Shown: piece by piece, positions 7,696 through 18,073 of the stretch
Layout: every line of letters begins with the position of its first letter
Position numbering within the stretch: the stretch's first letter is position 1
Origin: a virus
Virus record (IMG/VR): IMGVR_UViG_3300030103_003268
Coordinates: 1-64,000 of that record
Reading direction: 5' to 3' (one strand)
Length of the DNA: 64,000 nt
Notes under the pieces: model-generated
What the model saw: only the letters and a program-made list of their open reading frames with translations
Told to the model about the DNA's origin: nothing
Databases searched by the model: none
Translations under genes and position numbers: made by a program

Positions 7696-9123
7696 ATGCA
7701 ACACACAAACGAACAAGAAGCAATTTTCAATTGCATAGAAAAAACAGACGACCACCTAATTATCAATGCAGGTGCGGGAACAGGAAAAACAACAACAATT
7801 GTTGAAGCAGCAAATCGTATCAATGGGGAGAAAGCCGCATTCTTGGCATTCAATAAATCTATTGCTACTGAATTAGCAGAAAGACTTCCAACTGGCGTAG
7901 AAGCGAAAACCTTTCACGCCTTTGGTTTCGCTGCGATTCGTGCCGCCGGTGTCAAAACAAAGGTGAACAATTTTAAGGTCAATAACATTATCAAAGAACT
8001 TCATGGTGCTGATTTCTACATCGCCCCACTAAAGAAACTTGTTTCTCTTGTTAAGGGAAGTATGGTTAATGGAACTGACAAGAAAGCCATCAATCAACTG
8101 ATTGATGAATACAATATCAACTTCAATTCAGACCGTGAAGAACGGATTGCAGTAGAATCAATACCTGCAATTCTCACGATGTGCCGAACACAAACCCATG
8201 TCATTGATTTTGATGATATGATTTGGATGCCTATTGTTAATGACTATCCTTTCCCAAAATACGATGTTTTGTTTGTTGATGAAGCACAAGATTTTAACGA
8301 AGTGCAACGAGAAATGATTTCTTTGTGCGTTAATGGCGGTCGCTGTATTATTGTTGGAGATAAAAACCAAGCAATTTACGGCTTCCGTGGTGCTGACTCA
8401 AACTCAATTGATATGTTTCGGCAACGGCTTCTCAAAGGAGAAAGAAAAATCAGCGAATTTCCTCTTTCAATTACTTGGCGCTGTCCTAATTCAGTGGTTC
8501 GTGAGGCTAACCGATATGTGCATGAGTTTAATGCACCTGATTTTGCCGAAGAAGGAGCAGTTATCGTAGATGCTCCATTCACACCACAACGAAATGATAT
8601 GGTTCTTTGCCGATACAATGCTCCTTTGGTGTCTGCTTTCTATGATTTGATTTCACAGGGCAAATCGGCTTATGTTCTTGGTCGTGATATGACGAAGGGT
8701 TTAATTACCGCCGTTCAAAAGATTTCTAAGAACAACCACATGGGCGTTGATGAGTTTTTGCAGTTGTTCCAAAAGGACTTTGCATATAACTATCAACGGC
8801 TTCTTGACCAAAACAAAGAGAATCAAGCGATGGCTCTTGAAGATAAGCGTGATTGTATTATGATTTTTGTTCAAAAAGCAACAACTGTTGGTGGAATCAT
8901 TGAAGAGATTAAGCGTGTCTTTGATGGAAATGATAAAGGTGAAATTATGCTTTCTACTGTTCACAAGGCTAAGGGTCTTGAAGCAGACAATGTTTATATT
9001 CTCGCAACTGAGCGAATGCCCCATCCTTATGGAAGTAAGGAAGAGAACAACATTTGCTATGTAGCGATTACACGGGCTAAAAAGAACTTGTTCTATGTTG
9101 GCCCAAAACCGGGAAAAGTTTGA
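7696..9123 (+). CDS. UvrD/Rep-like superfamily 1 helicase
   Basis: AGAGTGKT, VDEAQD, VGDKNQAIYGFRGA, STVHKAKGLE, YVAITRAK. Confidence 0.93.
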   Translation: MQHTNEQEAIFNCIEKTDDHLIINAGAGTGKTTTIVEAANRINGEKAAFLAFNKSIATELAERLPTGVEAKTFHAFGFAAIRAAGVKTKVNNFKVNNIIKELHGADFYIAPLKKLVSLVKGSMVNGTDKKAINQLIDEYNINFNSDREERIAVESIPAILTMCRTQTHVIDFDDMIWMPIVNDYPFPKYDVLFVDEAQDFNEVQREMISLCVNGGRCIIVGDKNQAIYGFRGADSNSIDMFRQRLLKGERKISEFPLSITWRCPNSVVREANRYVHEFNAPDFAEEGAVIVDAPFTPQRNDMVLCRYNAPLVSAFYDLISQGKSAYVLGRDMTKGLITAVQKISKNNHMGVDEFLQLFQKDFAYNYQRLLDQNKENQAMALEDKRDCIMIFVQKATTVGGIIEEIKRVFDGNDKGEIMLSTVHKAKGLEADNVYILATERMPHPYGSKEENNICYVAITRAKKNLFYVGPKPGKV

Positions 9124-9132
9124 GGTGAAAAA

Positions 9133-9351
9133 ATGAAATATGCAGAATTTATGAAAATTACAGATAGATGGTCAGATGATGATACGATTTGTTTCTTGAT
9201 GGAATACGAAGTTTGGAACGAAATGATTAAGCGTTTTATTATGCATAAGTGGCGTGATGGTGTTGTTGAGGCAGAACACATTGAATGGTATGCTAATGAT
9301 ATATATAACAATATCATGGAATACACAGATTTGCCGGAGGGAGAAGAATGA
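9133..9351 (+). CDS. Hypothetical protein
   Basis: GAGGTGA RBS; operon context. Confidence 0.7.
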   Translation: MKYAEFMKITDRWSDDDTICFLMEYEVWNEMIKRFIMHKWRDGVVEAEHIEWYANDIYNNIMEYTDLPEGEE

Positions 9352-9542
9352 TTACACGAATGAATTGTCGTCATGTTGATTATGAATTAACAGCCGAAGA
9401 TTTAGAATTGAATGAAATTTACAACATCATCCATCAACACTTTGTTTGTTTGGATTGTGGTGCAATCGGTGAGCGAACCTATCGTATTCCAAATGAAATT
9501 ACTTGGAATGGTAATCAAGACACCCTGCCTTTGGAGGAATAA
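9348..9542 (+). CDS. Small Zn-binding hypothetical protein
   Basis: CxH...CxxC; ATGA overlap. Confidence 0.65.
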   Translation: MITRMNCRHVDYELTAEDLELNEIYNIIHQHFVCLDCGAIGERTYRIPNEITWNGNQDTLPLEE

Positions 9543-9544
9543 AT

Positions 9545-10849
9545 ATGGAATCAATCGTAGCAAAGCGTGAACTCGGTAATGGCCGTTGGGACAAAGCCCT
9601 AAAGCGCAAAATGGTAGAATTATCTGTTGCTGATAACTATGATGAAGCAAAGGAAGAATGGATTGCCACCGGAGAAGTATGGTGGGCAGGAAATGAAGAA
9701 ATACCTGATTGGGTTTCTAATTCACAAATGGGACAAGGTAAATGTCTTTGTGGACATATTGTAGTTTATCACTTTCAAATCACTAACACCGAAAACGGTG
9801 TAGTTGAATGTGTTGGTAGCGACCATATCAATACTTATCTAATTATGCGAGCAATTGCAGAAGATGAAGGTATTTCTATTGATGCTATCACTGATGAGAA
9901 AATCCAAGCATGGATTGATGTGCGAACAAAATCAATGAAAGCAGAAGCATGGTGGAAAGCCAACGGTGCTGGATTTGAGATGATGTTTGATTCAGTCAAA
10001 GAAATGGATTTGTTCTTCAATGTTCGTGAAGGTGGTAAAACCAATTATAATCCCGACACTCAATGGTATGAAACTGAAAAGTATATTCGTAAGCGAGCAG
10101 ATGGTCAATTTGGTAGTCCTGAATATAAAATGGCTTCTATTGTTTGGCGGTGGAATCATCCAGATAACCCAAAGGCTCAAATCAATACGACTGGCTATCC
10201 TAACGATAACCTGATGAAGGATTTGTCTTTGTTCTATGTAATGCAAGCCCAGTATTTGCCTCGTTTTAATCGCGCTAAAAAGCGAAAAGAAGACAGAATT
10301 GCTGAATTAGCAGAACAACGACGAAGAAGGCAAGAACGCCTTGAACAAGAGCGAATTGCCCGTCAAGAACGAGAAGCCGAGCGTCAGCGTATTTACAATT
10401 TACCTGAAAATGTTGAGAAGCGTAGGCTTCAAGCAATTGAAGAAGAAAAGCGTCGTGCCGAAGCAAGAGAAATGCGACGAATCCAAGAAATTGAAGCAGA
10501 AAGAATTCGTAAAGCAAGAGCCATTAGAAAACAAATGGAACAGGAAGATACACTTAGAGACAATAACTCCGAGTTTGAGAATCTTTGTGGATATTATGGT
10601 ATTCCTGCATTTGATGAATCTTATGCTGGTAATGATTGGGAACGGGAGTTCTTGTCAAGTGTTAAAGAGCAAATGCTATCGGGCAAATCAATGTCTGACA
10701 GGCAACTTGATACAATGAAAAGGATTCTAACCCATGAACCAGCAACAACAAAACAAATTGACTACTTGATTAGCCTTGGCTATGAAGGCCCAGTTATTGA
10801 TTTAACTAAAATGGAAGCAAGCAAGTTAATTACCAAATATATTCAATAG
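9545..10849 (+). CDS. Hypothetical protein with a Cys/His Zn-site, a long charged helix and a C-terminal ATxKQ helical motif
   Basis: CLCGH...VGSDH; E/R-rich segment; PATTKQIDYL. Confidence 0.8.
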   Translation: MESIVAKRELGNGRWDKALKRKMVELSVADNYDEAKEEWIATGEVWWAGNEEIPDWVSNSQMGQGKCLCGHIVVYHFQITNTENGVVECVGSDHINTYLIMRAIAEDEGISIDAITDEKIQAWIDVRTKSMKAEAWWKANGAGFEMMFDSVKEMDLFFNVREGGKTNYNPDTQWYETEKYIRKRADGQFGSPEYKMASIVWRWNHPDNPKAQINTTGYPNDNLMKDLSLFYVMQAQYLPRFNRAKKRKEDRIAELAEQRRRRQERLEQERIARQEREAERQRIYNLPENVEKRRLQAIEEEKRRAEAREMRRIQEIEAERIRKARAIRKQMEQEDTLRDNNSEFENLCGYYGIPAFDESYAGNDWEREFLSSVKEQMLSGKSMSDRQLDTMKRILTHEPATTKQIDYLISLGYEGPVIDLTKMEASKLITKYIQ

Positions 10850-11058
10850 ACGGATTTCGGAAGCGTGTTGTTTCGCCGTCTTTGATACCGCAGGTTTAAA
10901 AGTAAAAATCATCACTCTGGGCGCATTTGATTTGCATTAGATGGTTTTCCTGCACCTACTCACGGGGTTTTTCTAGTAAAAACGACAATCTTTTACCTCA
11001 CAGAATAGTAGTATTTGCATTCTATGAGTCGTTTATCCCCACCTTTTGAGGTTTTATT

Positions 11059-11241
11059 ATGAAATTAATGAAAGATATAATCCCACCCGACCAACAACGC
11101 TTTTACAAAAAAGAATACCTATTGCGAAGTTGTTGGGCGGAAGAAAATAGAAAAAGAATATTTAAAGAATTAAGGAGTTTAGGAATGCCTCCGTATCAAG
11201 CATTCCAAATATCAATAAAAAGGATGTATGAAAATGAATGA
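11059..11241 (+). CDS. Hypothetical protein
   Basis: ORF track; GAGGT RBS. Confidence 0.55.
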   Translation: MKLMKDIIPPDQQRFYKKEYLLRSCWAEENRKRIFKELRSLGMPPYQAFQISIKRMYENE

Positions 11242-11401
11242 AGAAATTAAAAGAAAGATGTGGGAATTGCTTGATTATGCGATTTCTACTTTGAAGCACT
11301 ATGATAAAGGAGATAACCATTGGAAAGTTACGCTTTCTTTGGCTCGCCATGAAGCAAAAGAATTGCTAGAATTGACCAAATCTTTAGATGAGGAGGAATG
11401 A
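11234..11401 (+). CDS. 55-aa hypothetical protein
   Basis: Manual translation MNEEIKRKMWELL...LDEEE; coupled to its neighbours. Confidence 0.55.
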   Translation: MNEEIKRKMWELLDYAISTLKHYDKGDNHWKVTLSLARHEAKELLELTKSLDEEE

Positions 11402-11634
11402 GTATGGATAATTTTGTTGAAATTAAATACGGAACCATCATCTACAATGACGGGACAATTAGCAAGACCACTATTTACAATTTTAATACTGTGCAGGGTT
11501 TTCGCACATCGTGGGAAAATCGTAGCCAGTTGTCAAAAGCAGAATATCAGGCAAATGTTAAGGAATTGACTATTCAATGCCGAGAGTTTGTTGATGCTAC
11601 TGAATACCTTAACTCTTTGGGTGAGGAAGAATGA
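11398..11634 (+). CDS. Hypothetical protein
   Basis: ORF track; ATGA coupling. Confidence 0.65.
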   Translation: MSMDNFVEIKYGTIIYNDGTISKTTIYNFNTVQGFRTSWENRSQLSKAEYQANVKELTIQCREFVDATEYLNSLGEEE

Positions 11635-11864
11635 AGACATACAAATGCCCTAGTTGTGGTAAAACAGGCGGAATGCGTTCTGTTGAAACGGAAATTCATC
11701 AATATCCTATCTTTCCAGATGATGAAGGTAATAAAGAATATGATTCAACTAATAGTAAATGTATTTATGGAGAGTTTGAGTGTATTACATGCGTTCATTG
11801 TAATGATGAGTTTTCCGAAAGCCAATTAGCAGGAATGGTTATTGATGAGGAGGAAGAAGAATGA
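11631..11864 (+). CDS. Zn-ribbon protein
   Basis: CPSC...CVHC. Confidence 0.7.
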   Translation: MKTYKCPSCGKTGGMRSVETEIHQYPIFPDDEGNKEYDSTNSKCIYGEFECITCVHCNDEFSESQLAGMVIDEEEEE

Positions 11865-11997
11865 ATAGCGATGAAAGAATTGGAAACGAAGTTATGTCAA
11901 TGAATGTGGCTGAATTGGCCGACCTATCAACTATTGAATTGGTTGGGTTAATTTTGAATCTTAGATTTAAACTGCGAGCATTTATGGGGGAACAACA

Positions 11998-12684
11998 ATG
12001 AATATCTTTGCACTATCACGAAATCCAGTTGAAGCGGCTCAACAAATGCTTGATAAGCATATTATCAAGATGCCGACTGAAACCTGTCAAATGTTGCATA
12101 CTAATATTCTTTACATGCAATATGTTCAAGAACACGGTGAAGAACCTCAATTGAAAGACCTTAAGGCTTTTCACCTCGCCACCGAGTCAAAATTAATGAA
12201 GCCAGCCATGCTTAACCACCCCTCAACCATTTGGGCGAGGCAAACTTACGCTAATTGGAACTGGCTTTATGAACATGGCTTGGCTCTTTGTGATGAATAC
12301 ACTCATCGTTATGAGAAAAAGCATGGAACACTACAAAGAATCCTTGATTGTATTCCTTATTTTGATGTGGTGTTTGAACACCCATTTTCAAAGAAGCGAC
12401 TTCAACCAGTTTCAATTGCTATGGATGACAAATATCGTATTGATAGAGATGTGTTTTACAATACATCAAGAGTTCAGTATGGTATTGAAACTACTGAATG
12501 GGATTTTGTAATTGAATCTTATCGCCACTATTATCTTGAGGGTAAGTGGCGTATCGCTGAATGGCGCAAGAACCGTCGTCCTGATTGGTTTCCTGCAAAC
12601 CACTACGCAAAAAAATACAATGTGGGTGTTCGTGCTTATAATGCTCGTAAGCCCCGTTATCCACAACAACTGATGGAGGAATAA
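11998..12684 (+). CDS. Pyrimidine-dimer DNA glycosylase-like protein (DenV/Pyr_excise type)
   Basis: MNIF, DKHIIKMPTETCQML, NHPSTIWAR, LCDEYTHRY. Confidence 0.8.
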   Translation: MNIFALSRNPVEAAQQMLDKHIIKMPTETCQMLHTNILYMQYVQEHGEEPQLKDLKAFHLATESKLMKPAMLNHPSTIWARQTYANWNWLYEHGLALCDEYTHRYEKKHGTLQRILDCIPYFDVVFEHPFSKKRLQPVSIAMDDKYRIDRDVFYNTSRVQYGIETTEWDFVIESYRHYYLEGKWRIAEWRKNRRPDWFPANHYAKKYNVGVRAYNARKPRYPQQLMEE

Positions 12685-12686
12685 AT

Positions 12687-13205
12687 ATGAAAGAAGAATG
12701 GAAAAATGAATTTGAATTGTATAAGAGCAGACTTGGAACCTTCTTTAATGCCATAGGCCACAAACAAAAGATTGGTCTTTCTAATGAAGAGTTAGAAGTA
12801 ATATTTACTGCTTTCAAAAACTTTGCAGAGCAAGGAGATAGTGATTCTTTTCAACAAATATATATGAATCTTTGGAAGGAGAGACTTGCTCCCTTAAAGG
12901 AAATTATTGAAAGAGACGGCAGTGGTGAAAACTTTACTGAGGAACAAGAAAAAGAGTGGGAAAGTGTTAATTCTAGTTTTGAAGTTGCATCTTATCCTAT
13001 TAACTGTTCTTGTTGCGGTGTAAATAAACCAAATATGTTTTATATTGGAGAGCCATCTTTTACTATGGCTATGATGAAACTCAAATTTGCCAAAGAATGG
13101 GATAGGTCAATGCAAGACTTTTATGATAAACTAACCCATTGTGATGTTTGTTATATAGAATATGGCGATGATGAAGGTAATGGCGGAATTACAATTAAAG
13201 CGTGA
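12687..13205 (+). CDS. Hypothetical protein
   Basis: ORF track; GGAGG RBS. Confidence 0.7.
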   Translation: MKEEWKNEFELYKSRLGTFFNAIGHKQKIGLSNEELEVIFTAFKNFAEQGDSDSFQQIYMNLWKERLAPLKEIIERDGSGENFTEEQEKEWESVNSSFEVASYPINCSCCGVNKPNMFYIGEPSFTMAMMKLKFAKEWDRSMQDFYDKLTHCDVCYIEYGDDEGNGGITIKA

Positions 13206-13214
13206 GGATTGAAA

Positions 13215-13466
13215 ATGTATAATGATATTGAAATGAAAATGCTTGAGTCGCTCAAAAAAGAATTTGGAGAGACATATGAAGCACTAGAAGAAGTAATTGT
13301 GATGGATAAATTGAGAGTTGCTCAACAGTTGTATAAAAAAACCGTTGATGACTATCGGCTAAATCAATCAGCCAAAAACTACAATATGCTAACAGTTGCT
13401 ATGATTTGTCTCCAATATTGGGGCCAAAAGAAAGTGAAACTGTTTTCTCTTACGGAGGAGTTTTAA
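13215..13466 (+). CDS. Hypothetical protein
   Basis: ORF track. Confidence 0.65.
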   Translation: MYNDIEMKMLESLKKEFGETYEALEEVIVMDKLRVAQQLYKKTVDDYRLNQSAKNYNMLTVAMICLQYWGQKKVKLFSLTEEF

Positions 13467-13769
13467 ATGAAATGTGAAATTTGTAATGGAACGGGTTGGT
13501 ATAAAGTGCCAAACCATCGTCTTGAAATTATGGAAAATGTTGAATGTATGGATTGTTTAGCACATGAAAACTTCAAAGACCATCTAAAAGACGAGTTATC
13601 TCGCTTGTTAATCAACACAAGTCCACAAAAACTGGCTCAAATTGTAGCACAGTTGGTCGTCAATTCGGTGGATAGAAACGAGAACGACGACATTCAGCGC
13701 ATTGAGGGTATCATTCATACGAAAAATGCTTTAAATGCGCTCACGCTAGCAGAAGCGTATTCGCAGTGA
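13467..13769 (+). CDS. Protein with a DnaJ-like CxxCxGxG Zn motif
   Basis: CEICNGTG...CMDC. Confidence 0.7.
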   Translation: MKCEICNGTGWYKVPNHRLEIMENVECMDCLAHENFKDHLKDELSRLLINTSPQKLAQIVAQLVVNSVDRNENDDIQRIEGIIHTKNALNALTLAEAYSQ

Positions 13770-13781
13770 GAATGGTCGCAT

Positions 13782-13856
13782 GGGTGTATGGTGTAATGGA
13801 TAGCATTCTGGCCTTCTAAGCCGGAGATTCGGGTTCAAATCCTGATACGCCCGCCA
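13782..13856 (+). tRNA. tRNA-Arg(TCT)
   Basis: Acceptor GGGTGTA/TACGCCC, anticodon arm CTGGC-CTTCTAA-GCCGG, T arm GGTTCAAATCC, encoded CCA. Confidence 0.93.
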
Positions 13857-13968
13857 TTCTCGTTGTATCGCCAACTTTCTGAGACGGACTCCCCGCTTTT
13901 TGGATTCTTTAAATAGAGTCGTGGGAAGTTCGTTTCACCTAGAGGTAAATTAAAAAAGAGGAATAAAA

Positions 13969-14340
13969 ATGCACACAGAACAAGAAACAATACAAACCGT
14001 GTTGCTCAATGTAATGTTGAACAATGACGGTGCAACAACCGAAGAATTAAAAAACGCTTTGATTCATGCTGGCTTGATTAAGCCAACATCTAATAGTATG
14101 GATAACACAATTAGAGCAGGAATGATTGCTTTACAAAGACGATTTGCTAAGCAATTTGATATTATATTGCATAAAATTAATCCACATATTAGACAAAGAA
14201 AATATATTCCCTTTGAAAAGGCTAAGCAATTTTGCATAGATAATCTTTTAGAAGAGATGTATGATGAAGACGGAAACCAAATTGGATATTATTTCCAACA
14301 CCCAGTAGCAATAAGTAAAGAGAGGATTGATTTAATATGA
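13969..14340 (+). CDS. Hypothetical protein, possibly wHTH
   Basis: ORF track; promoter-like TGGATTCTTTAAATA at 13901. Confidence 0.7.
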   Translation: MHTEQETIQTVLLNVMLNNDGATTEELKNALIHAGLIKPTSNSMDNTIRAGMIALQRRFAKQFDIILHKINPHIRQRKYIPFEKAKQFCIDNLLEEMYDEDGNQIGYYFQHPVAISKERIDLI

Positions 14341-14585
14341 TACCCGAAAAAAATAAAGTAGAATTTAGAATAATTGACGCAGAAGATATGCCACCAATGG
14401 TTATATCACAGAATGAAAATGATGAACCAAAGGTAGTGATTAACACTTATCACCGTCTTTGGTTAAGTCTTAACCGACGATTAATTGCAGGTATTATTGA
14501 TGCTCTACCTGAAAAACTAGATATGATTTTGACTTCATATCTTGAACAACAAAGAGCATACGAACAAATGGACAGGGAGGAATAA
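14337..14585 (+). CDS. Hypothetical protein
   Basis: ORF track. Confidence 0.7.
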   Translation: MIPEKNKVEFRIIDAEDMPPMVISQNENDEPKVVINTYHRLWLSLNRRLIAGIIDALPEKLDMILTSYLEQQRAYEQMDREE

Positions 14586-14587
14586 AT

Positions 14588-15010
14588 ATGGCAGGAATAA
14601 TTAAAGAATGTCGCCAATGCGGAATCAACTTCAGAACAAAAACAATTAAAGCAGGTGCATGGCAAGCCTACTGCAATCCTTGTTTTGGAGCAAGACAAGA
14701 AAGTAATGCTGAAAAATCTATCAAGAAGCGACAATCTCATATGTTTGAAGCACTAGATGACAGAATCAAAAGGATAGAGGAAAAAAGTCAGCACATGGAT
14801 ATGCTGGTTTCTGCTGAAATCAGTAATGCCTTAACAAATCTCTCAAATAATGATTTGTTTAATTCAGTGAATGATGCTATGCAAAAGGCACTAGAAGAAA
14901 AAAAGAAGCAGATTGATGCTGATAATAAGAAGTTTAAAGATAAGATTCAAAAACAATTAGTTATGCTAAATAACAAATTGGTTAAAATTATGCAGGAGAT
15001 GGAAAAATGA
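14588..15010 (+). CDS. Zn-finger plus coiled-coil protein
   Basis: CRQC...YCNPC followed by heptads. Confidence 0.7.
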   Translation: MAGIIKECRQCGINFRTKTIKAGAWQAYCNPCFGARQESNAEKSIKKRQSHMFEALDDRIKRIEEKSQHMDMLVSAEISNALTNLSNNDLFNSVNDAMQKALEEKKKQIDADNKKFKDKIQKQLVMLNNKLVKIMQEMEK

Positions 15011-15094
15011 TTAAAAAATTAGCAAAGATTGCATTTAACCAACATTCTGTGTTGGGATTGACAATGTGGGTATTGACTTACCCATTGGAGTAGG

Positions 15095-15110
15095 TGGACT
15101 CCTTTATATA
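15095..15110 (+). promoter_or_regulatory. Promoter TGGACTCCTTTATATA upstream of the Ubl gene
   Basis: Identical to 6405-6420; 39 nt before ATG 15149. Confidence 0.7.
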
Positions 15111-15148
15111 CTTTGGAAGAGTAGAGAAAACACAACGGAGATGAGAAT

Positions 15149-15355
15149 ATGATTAAGTTGAGAATTATGAACGAAACTGGACACACAGAAGTTGTCCTTG
15201 CAGAAAGCGAAGTTATTGACCAAATTGACCAACACCCGACCCATTGGGTGTTTATTGACGGTGAAATGGTTGCTAGAGAATCTATCGGGGAAATTAATTG
15301 GGACACTGTTCAATCAGTGGATTTGACCCCCGCTATTGTTGGAGGAAGTTATTGA
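15149..15355 (+). CDS. Ubiquitin-like (ThiS/MoaD/SAMP beta-grasp) protein precursor ending GG-SY
   Basis: 68 aa; VFIDGE strand; C-terminal VDLTPAIVGG followed by SY. Confidence 0.8.
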   Translation: MIKLRIMNETGHTEVVLAESEVIDQIDQHPTHWVFIDGEMVARESIGEINWDTVQSVDLTPAIVGGSY

Positions 15356-15390
15356 GATTAATTTCTCTTAACTCTTCCAAACCACCATTC

Positions 15391-15435
15391 GGGGGTAGCG
15401 TAGGATTTAATCCATCCTGCGCTATCCCCTTTTTT
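15391..15435 (+). terminator. Hairpin plus T-tract terminator after the Ubl gene
   Basis: GGGGGTAGCGTAGGAT...ATCCTGCGCTATCCCC-TTTTT. Confidence 0.7.
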
Positions 15436-15440
15436 GGGTG

Positions 15441-15821
15441 ATGCAACCCGATTTGATAAATTTTATCAACCAAAATGGATTAAAAATAATGCTAGACCTG
15501 AAAGGATGGACTTATTCCTCCTGTATTCAGATAAATGGTTTAGCAGTAGTCAAACCCGACTTTTACCCGCCCCGTCATGTCCTCGCTATGGGCAAGAGGG
15601 GCTACATTTATTGCGACGGGCAGACTCGGATAGATTACGCAGGGAAAGTGTTTTCATCAACAGATGAATTACTCAATACCTGCGGTGAAGAAGCAATTCT
15701 TCATTTTAAGGATTGGGTATTCCTTGAAGAAAAAGAATGGGTGATAACCGATGGTAGTCATTGGTTAGCCTCATTCTCAAATCTCTCAGAATTACCTAAA
15801 AGAAGCAAATATAGGTGTTAA
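15441..15821 (+). CDS. Hypothetical protein
   Basis: ORF track. Confidence 0.65.
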   Translation: MQPDLINFINQNGLKIMLDLKGWTYSSCIQINGLAVVKPDFYPPRHVLAMGKRGYIYCDGQTRIDYAGKVFSSTDELLNTCGEEAILHFKDWVFLEEKEWVITDGSHWLASFSNLSELPKRSKYRC

Positions 15822-15823
15822 TT

Positions 15824-17689
15824 ATGACTCAAGCCCCAAACAAAAAGATTTTATCAGATATTACTGTTCACATGAAATATGCAAAATACAACCCCGAATT
15901 ACTCCGAAGAGAATCGTGGGATGAAATTGTTGAAAGAAATATGCAAATGCACATCAAAACCTATCCTCAGTTAGAAGAAGATATTCGTGATGTTTATACT
16001 CACTTTGTCAAAACGAAGAAGGTGTTGCCTTCTATGCGTTCAATGCAATTTGGTGGTAAGCCGATTGAGATTAGCCCTAATCGGGTCTATAATTGTGCTT
16101 ATATGCCTATTGATACTCACATCGCTTTTAGCGAGGCTATGTTCCTATTATTAGGAGGAACAGGCGTAGGATATTCGGTTCAACGACATCATGTTGAATT
16201 AATGACTCCTATTCAGCATCCTAACCCAAATCGCCAACGACGATATTTAGTTAATGATTCAATAGAAGGTTGGGCTGATGCAGTAAAAATTCTAATGGAA
16301 TGTTATACTGGTGTTAGAACATCTACACCTACATTTGATTATTCCGACATTAGACCAAAAGGCTCTCTTTTAAAAACTTCTGGAGGTAAAGCCCCAGGCC
16401 CACAACCATTGAGAGAATGTCTTGTTAAGATTGAAGGTATGCTTCAAACTATTTCTAATGGTTCTATGTTAAAGCCAATTCAAGCACATGATATTATGTG
16501 CCATATTGCTGATGCTGTTCTTAGTGGAGGTATTCGTCGTGCGGCTATGATTTCTTTGTTTTCAGCAGACGACCATGAAATGATTGCTTGTAAATCTGGT
16601 AATTGGTGGGAAAACAATCCCCAAAGAGGAAGGGCAAACAATTCAGCCGTTCTTTTGAGACATAGAGTGACGAAAGATTTCTTTATGGATTTGTGGAACA
16701 GAATTAAAGCATCCGGTTCAGGAGAGCCTGGAATTTATTTTAATAACGACAAAGACTGGGGAACAAATCCATGTTGTGAAATTGCGCTACGGCCATATCA
16801 ATTCTGCAACTTAACCGAAGTAAATGCTTCAGATATTACAGACCAAGCCGATTTAGAATCAAGAGTTTCAGCCGCCGCATTCCTTGGAACGCTTCAAGCA
16901 GGATATACTGATTTTCATTATCTTCGTGAGGTATGGCGCAAAGCAACAGAAAAGGATGCTTTGCTCGGTGTTTCAATGACAGGAATTGCATCCAACATTG
17001 TTGAACATCTTGATTTAGAAATGGCGGCCTATGAAGTCAAGAAAGAGAATGAACGAGTTGCTAAAGAAATTGGTATCAATCCAGCATCAAGAACAACTTG
17101 TGTGAAACCAGCAGGAACCACTTCTCTTGTTTTAGGAACATCAAGCGGCATTCATGCTTATCACGATGAGTATTATATTCGTCGTCTTCGTGTTGGTAAG
17201 AATGAAGCAATTTATGGCTATCTCGCAAACAACCACCCCGAACTCGTTGAGGATGAGTTTTTCAATCCGCACGAACAGGCAGTTATTTCAGTCCCTCAAA
17301 AAGCACCAAAAGATGCAATTATCCGACATGAATCAGTGTTTGATTTGTTGGAGCGAGTCAAAAACTTTAGTATTCGTTGGGTTCGTGCAGGACATAATGA
17401 TGGGTTGAATACCCACAATGTTTCTGCAACAGTCTCTATAAAAGAAGAAGAATGGGAAACAGTGGCCGATTGGATGTGGTTAAACCGACATTACTATAAT
17501 GGCCTTTCTGTTCTCCCATATGACGGAGGAACATATACTCAAGCACCCTTTGAAACTTGTGATAAAGAAACCTATGATAAACTGACTGAAACTCTTCAAG
17601 ATATTGATTTAACATTGGTTCAAGAATTACAGGATGATACTGACCTTTCAGGCGAATTAGCCTGTGCCGGTGGCGCTTGCGAAATTTAA
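15824..17689 (+). CDS. nrdJ: Class II (B12-dependent) ribonucleotide reductase
   Basis: YNCAY, TNPCCEI, FCNLTE, TCVKPAGT, C-terminal CAGGACEI; no small subunit nearby. Confidence 0.9.
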   Translation: MTQAPNKKILSDITVHMKYAKYNPELLRRESWDEIVERNMQMHIKTYPQLEEDIRDVYTHFVKTKKVLPSMRSMQFGGKPIEISPNRVYNCAYMPIDTHIAFSEAMFLLLGGTGVGYSVQRHHVELMTPIQHPNPNRQRRYLVNDSIEGWADAVKILMECYTGVRTSTPTFDYSDIRPKGSLLKTSGGKAPGPQPLRECLVKIEGMLQTISNGSMLKPIQAHDIMCHIADAVLSGGIRRAAMISLFSADDHEMIACKSGNWWENNPQRGRANNSAVLLRHRVTKDFFMDLWNRIKASGSGEPGIYFNNDKDWGTNPCCEIALRPYQFCNLTEVNASDITDQADLESRVSAAAFLGTLQAGYTDFHYLREVWRKATEKDALLGVSMTGIASNIVEHLDLEMAAYEVKKENERVAKEIGINPASRTTCVKPAGTTSLVLGTSSGIHAYHDEYYIRRLRVGKNEAIYGYLANNHPELVEDEFFNPHEQAVISVPQKAPKDAIIRHESVFDLLERVKNFSIRWVRAGHNDGLNTHNVSATVSIKEEEWETVADWMWLNRHYYNGLSVLPYDGGTYTQAPFETCDKETYDKLTETLQDIDLTLVQELQDDTDLSGELACAGGACEI

Positions 17690-17698
17690 GGTGATTAA

Positions 17699-18073
17699 AT
17701 GAAACTCTCCAAAATTTCTAATTTTGAAGAGTATTTAGATGTAATAGTAATAATGTCTAGAGATTTATCTAATATGTCTCTGGAAAGAATAGGTATGGCA
17801 ATCAATGTGTGTGATTCTTACATGGATGACAGCGAAAAAATATATAGGCTAAATACCACTCTCAAAAAATGCCTGTGGGAATATGAAGAAGCAATTAACA
17901 TGGGCTTTCATAAGTTCATAATCAAAGAGACAGGTAAAATTAAAGAACTGCTTAACTATCACAAATTTAATTGCGAAGGCGAATCATGTTATATTTGTAA
18001 TGTTTTAAAAGAAACTAAATTGAAAATGGTGAATAATAATGAAAGAAAAGAATCCTCAATATGTTCTCAATAA
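17699..18073 (+). CDS. Hypothetical protein
   Basis: AGGTGA RBS. Confidence 0.6.
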   Translation: MKLSKISNFEEYLDVIVIMSRDLSNMSLERIGMAINVCDSYMDDSEKIYRLNTTLKKCLWEYEEAINMGFHKFIIKETGKIKELLNYHKFNCEGESCYICNVLKETKLKMVNNNERKESSICSQ

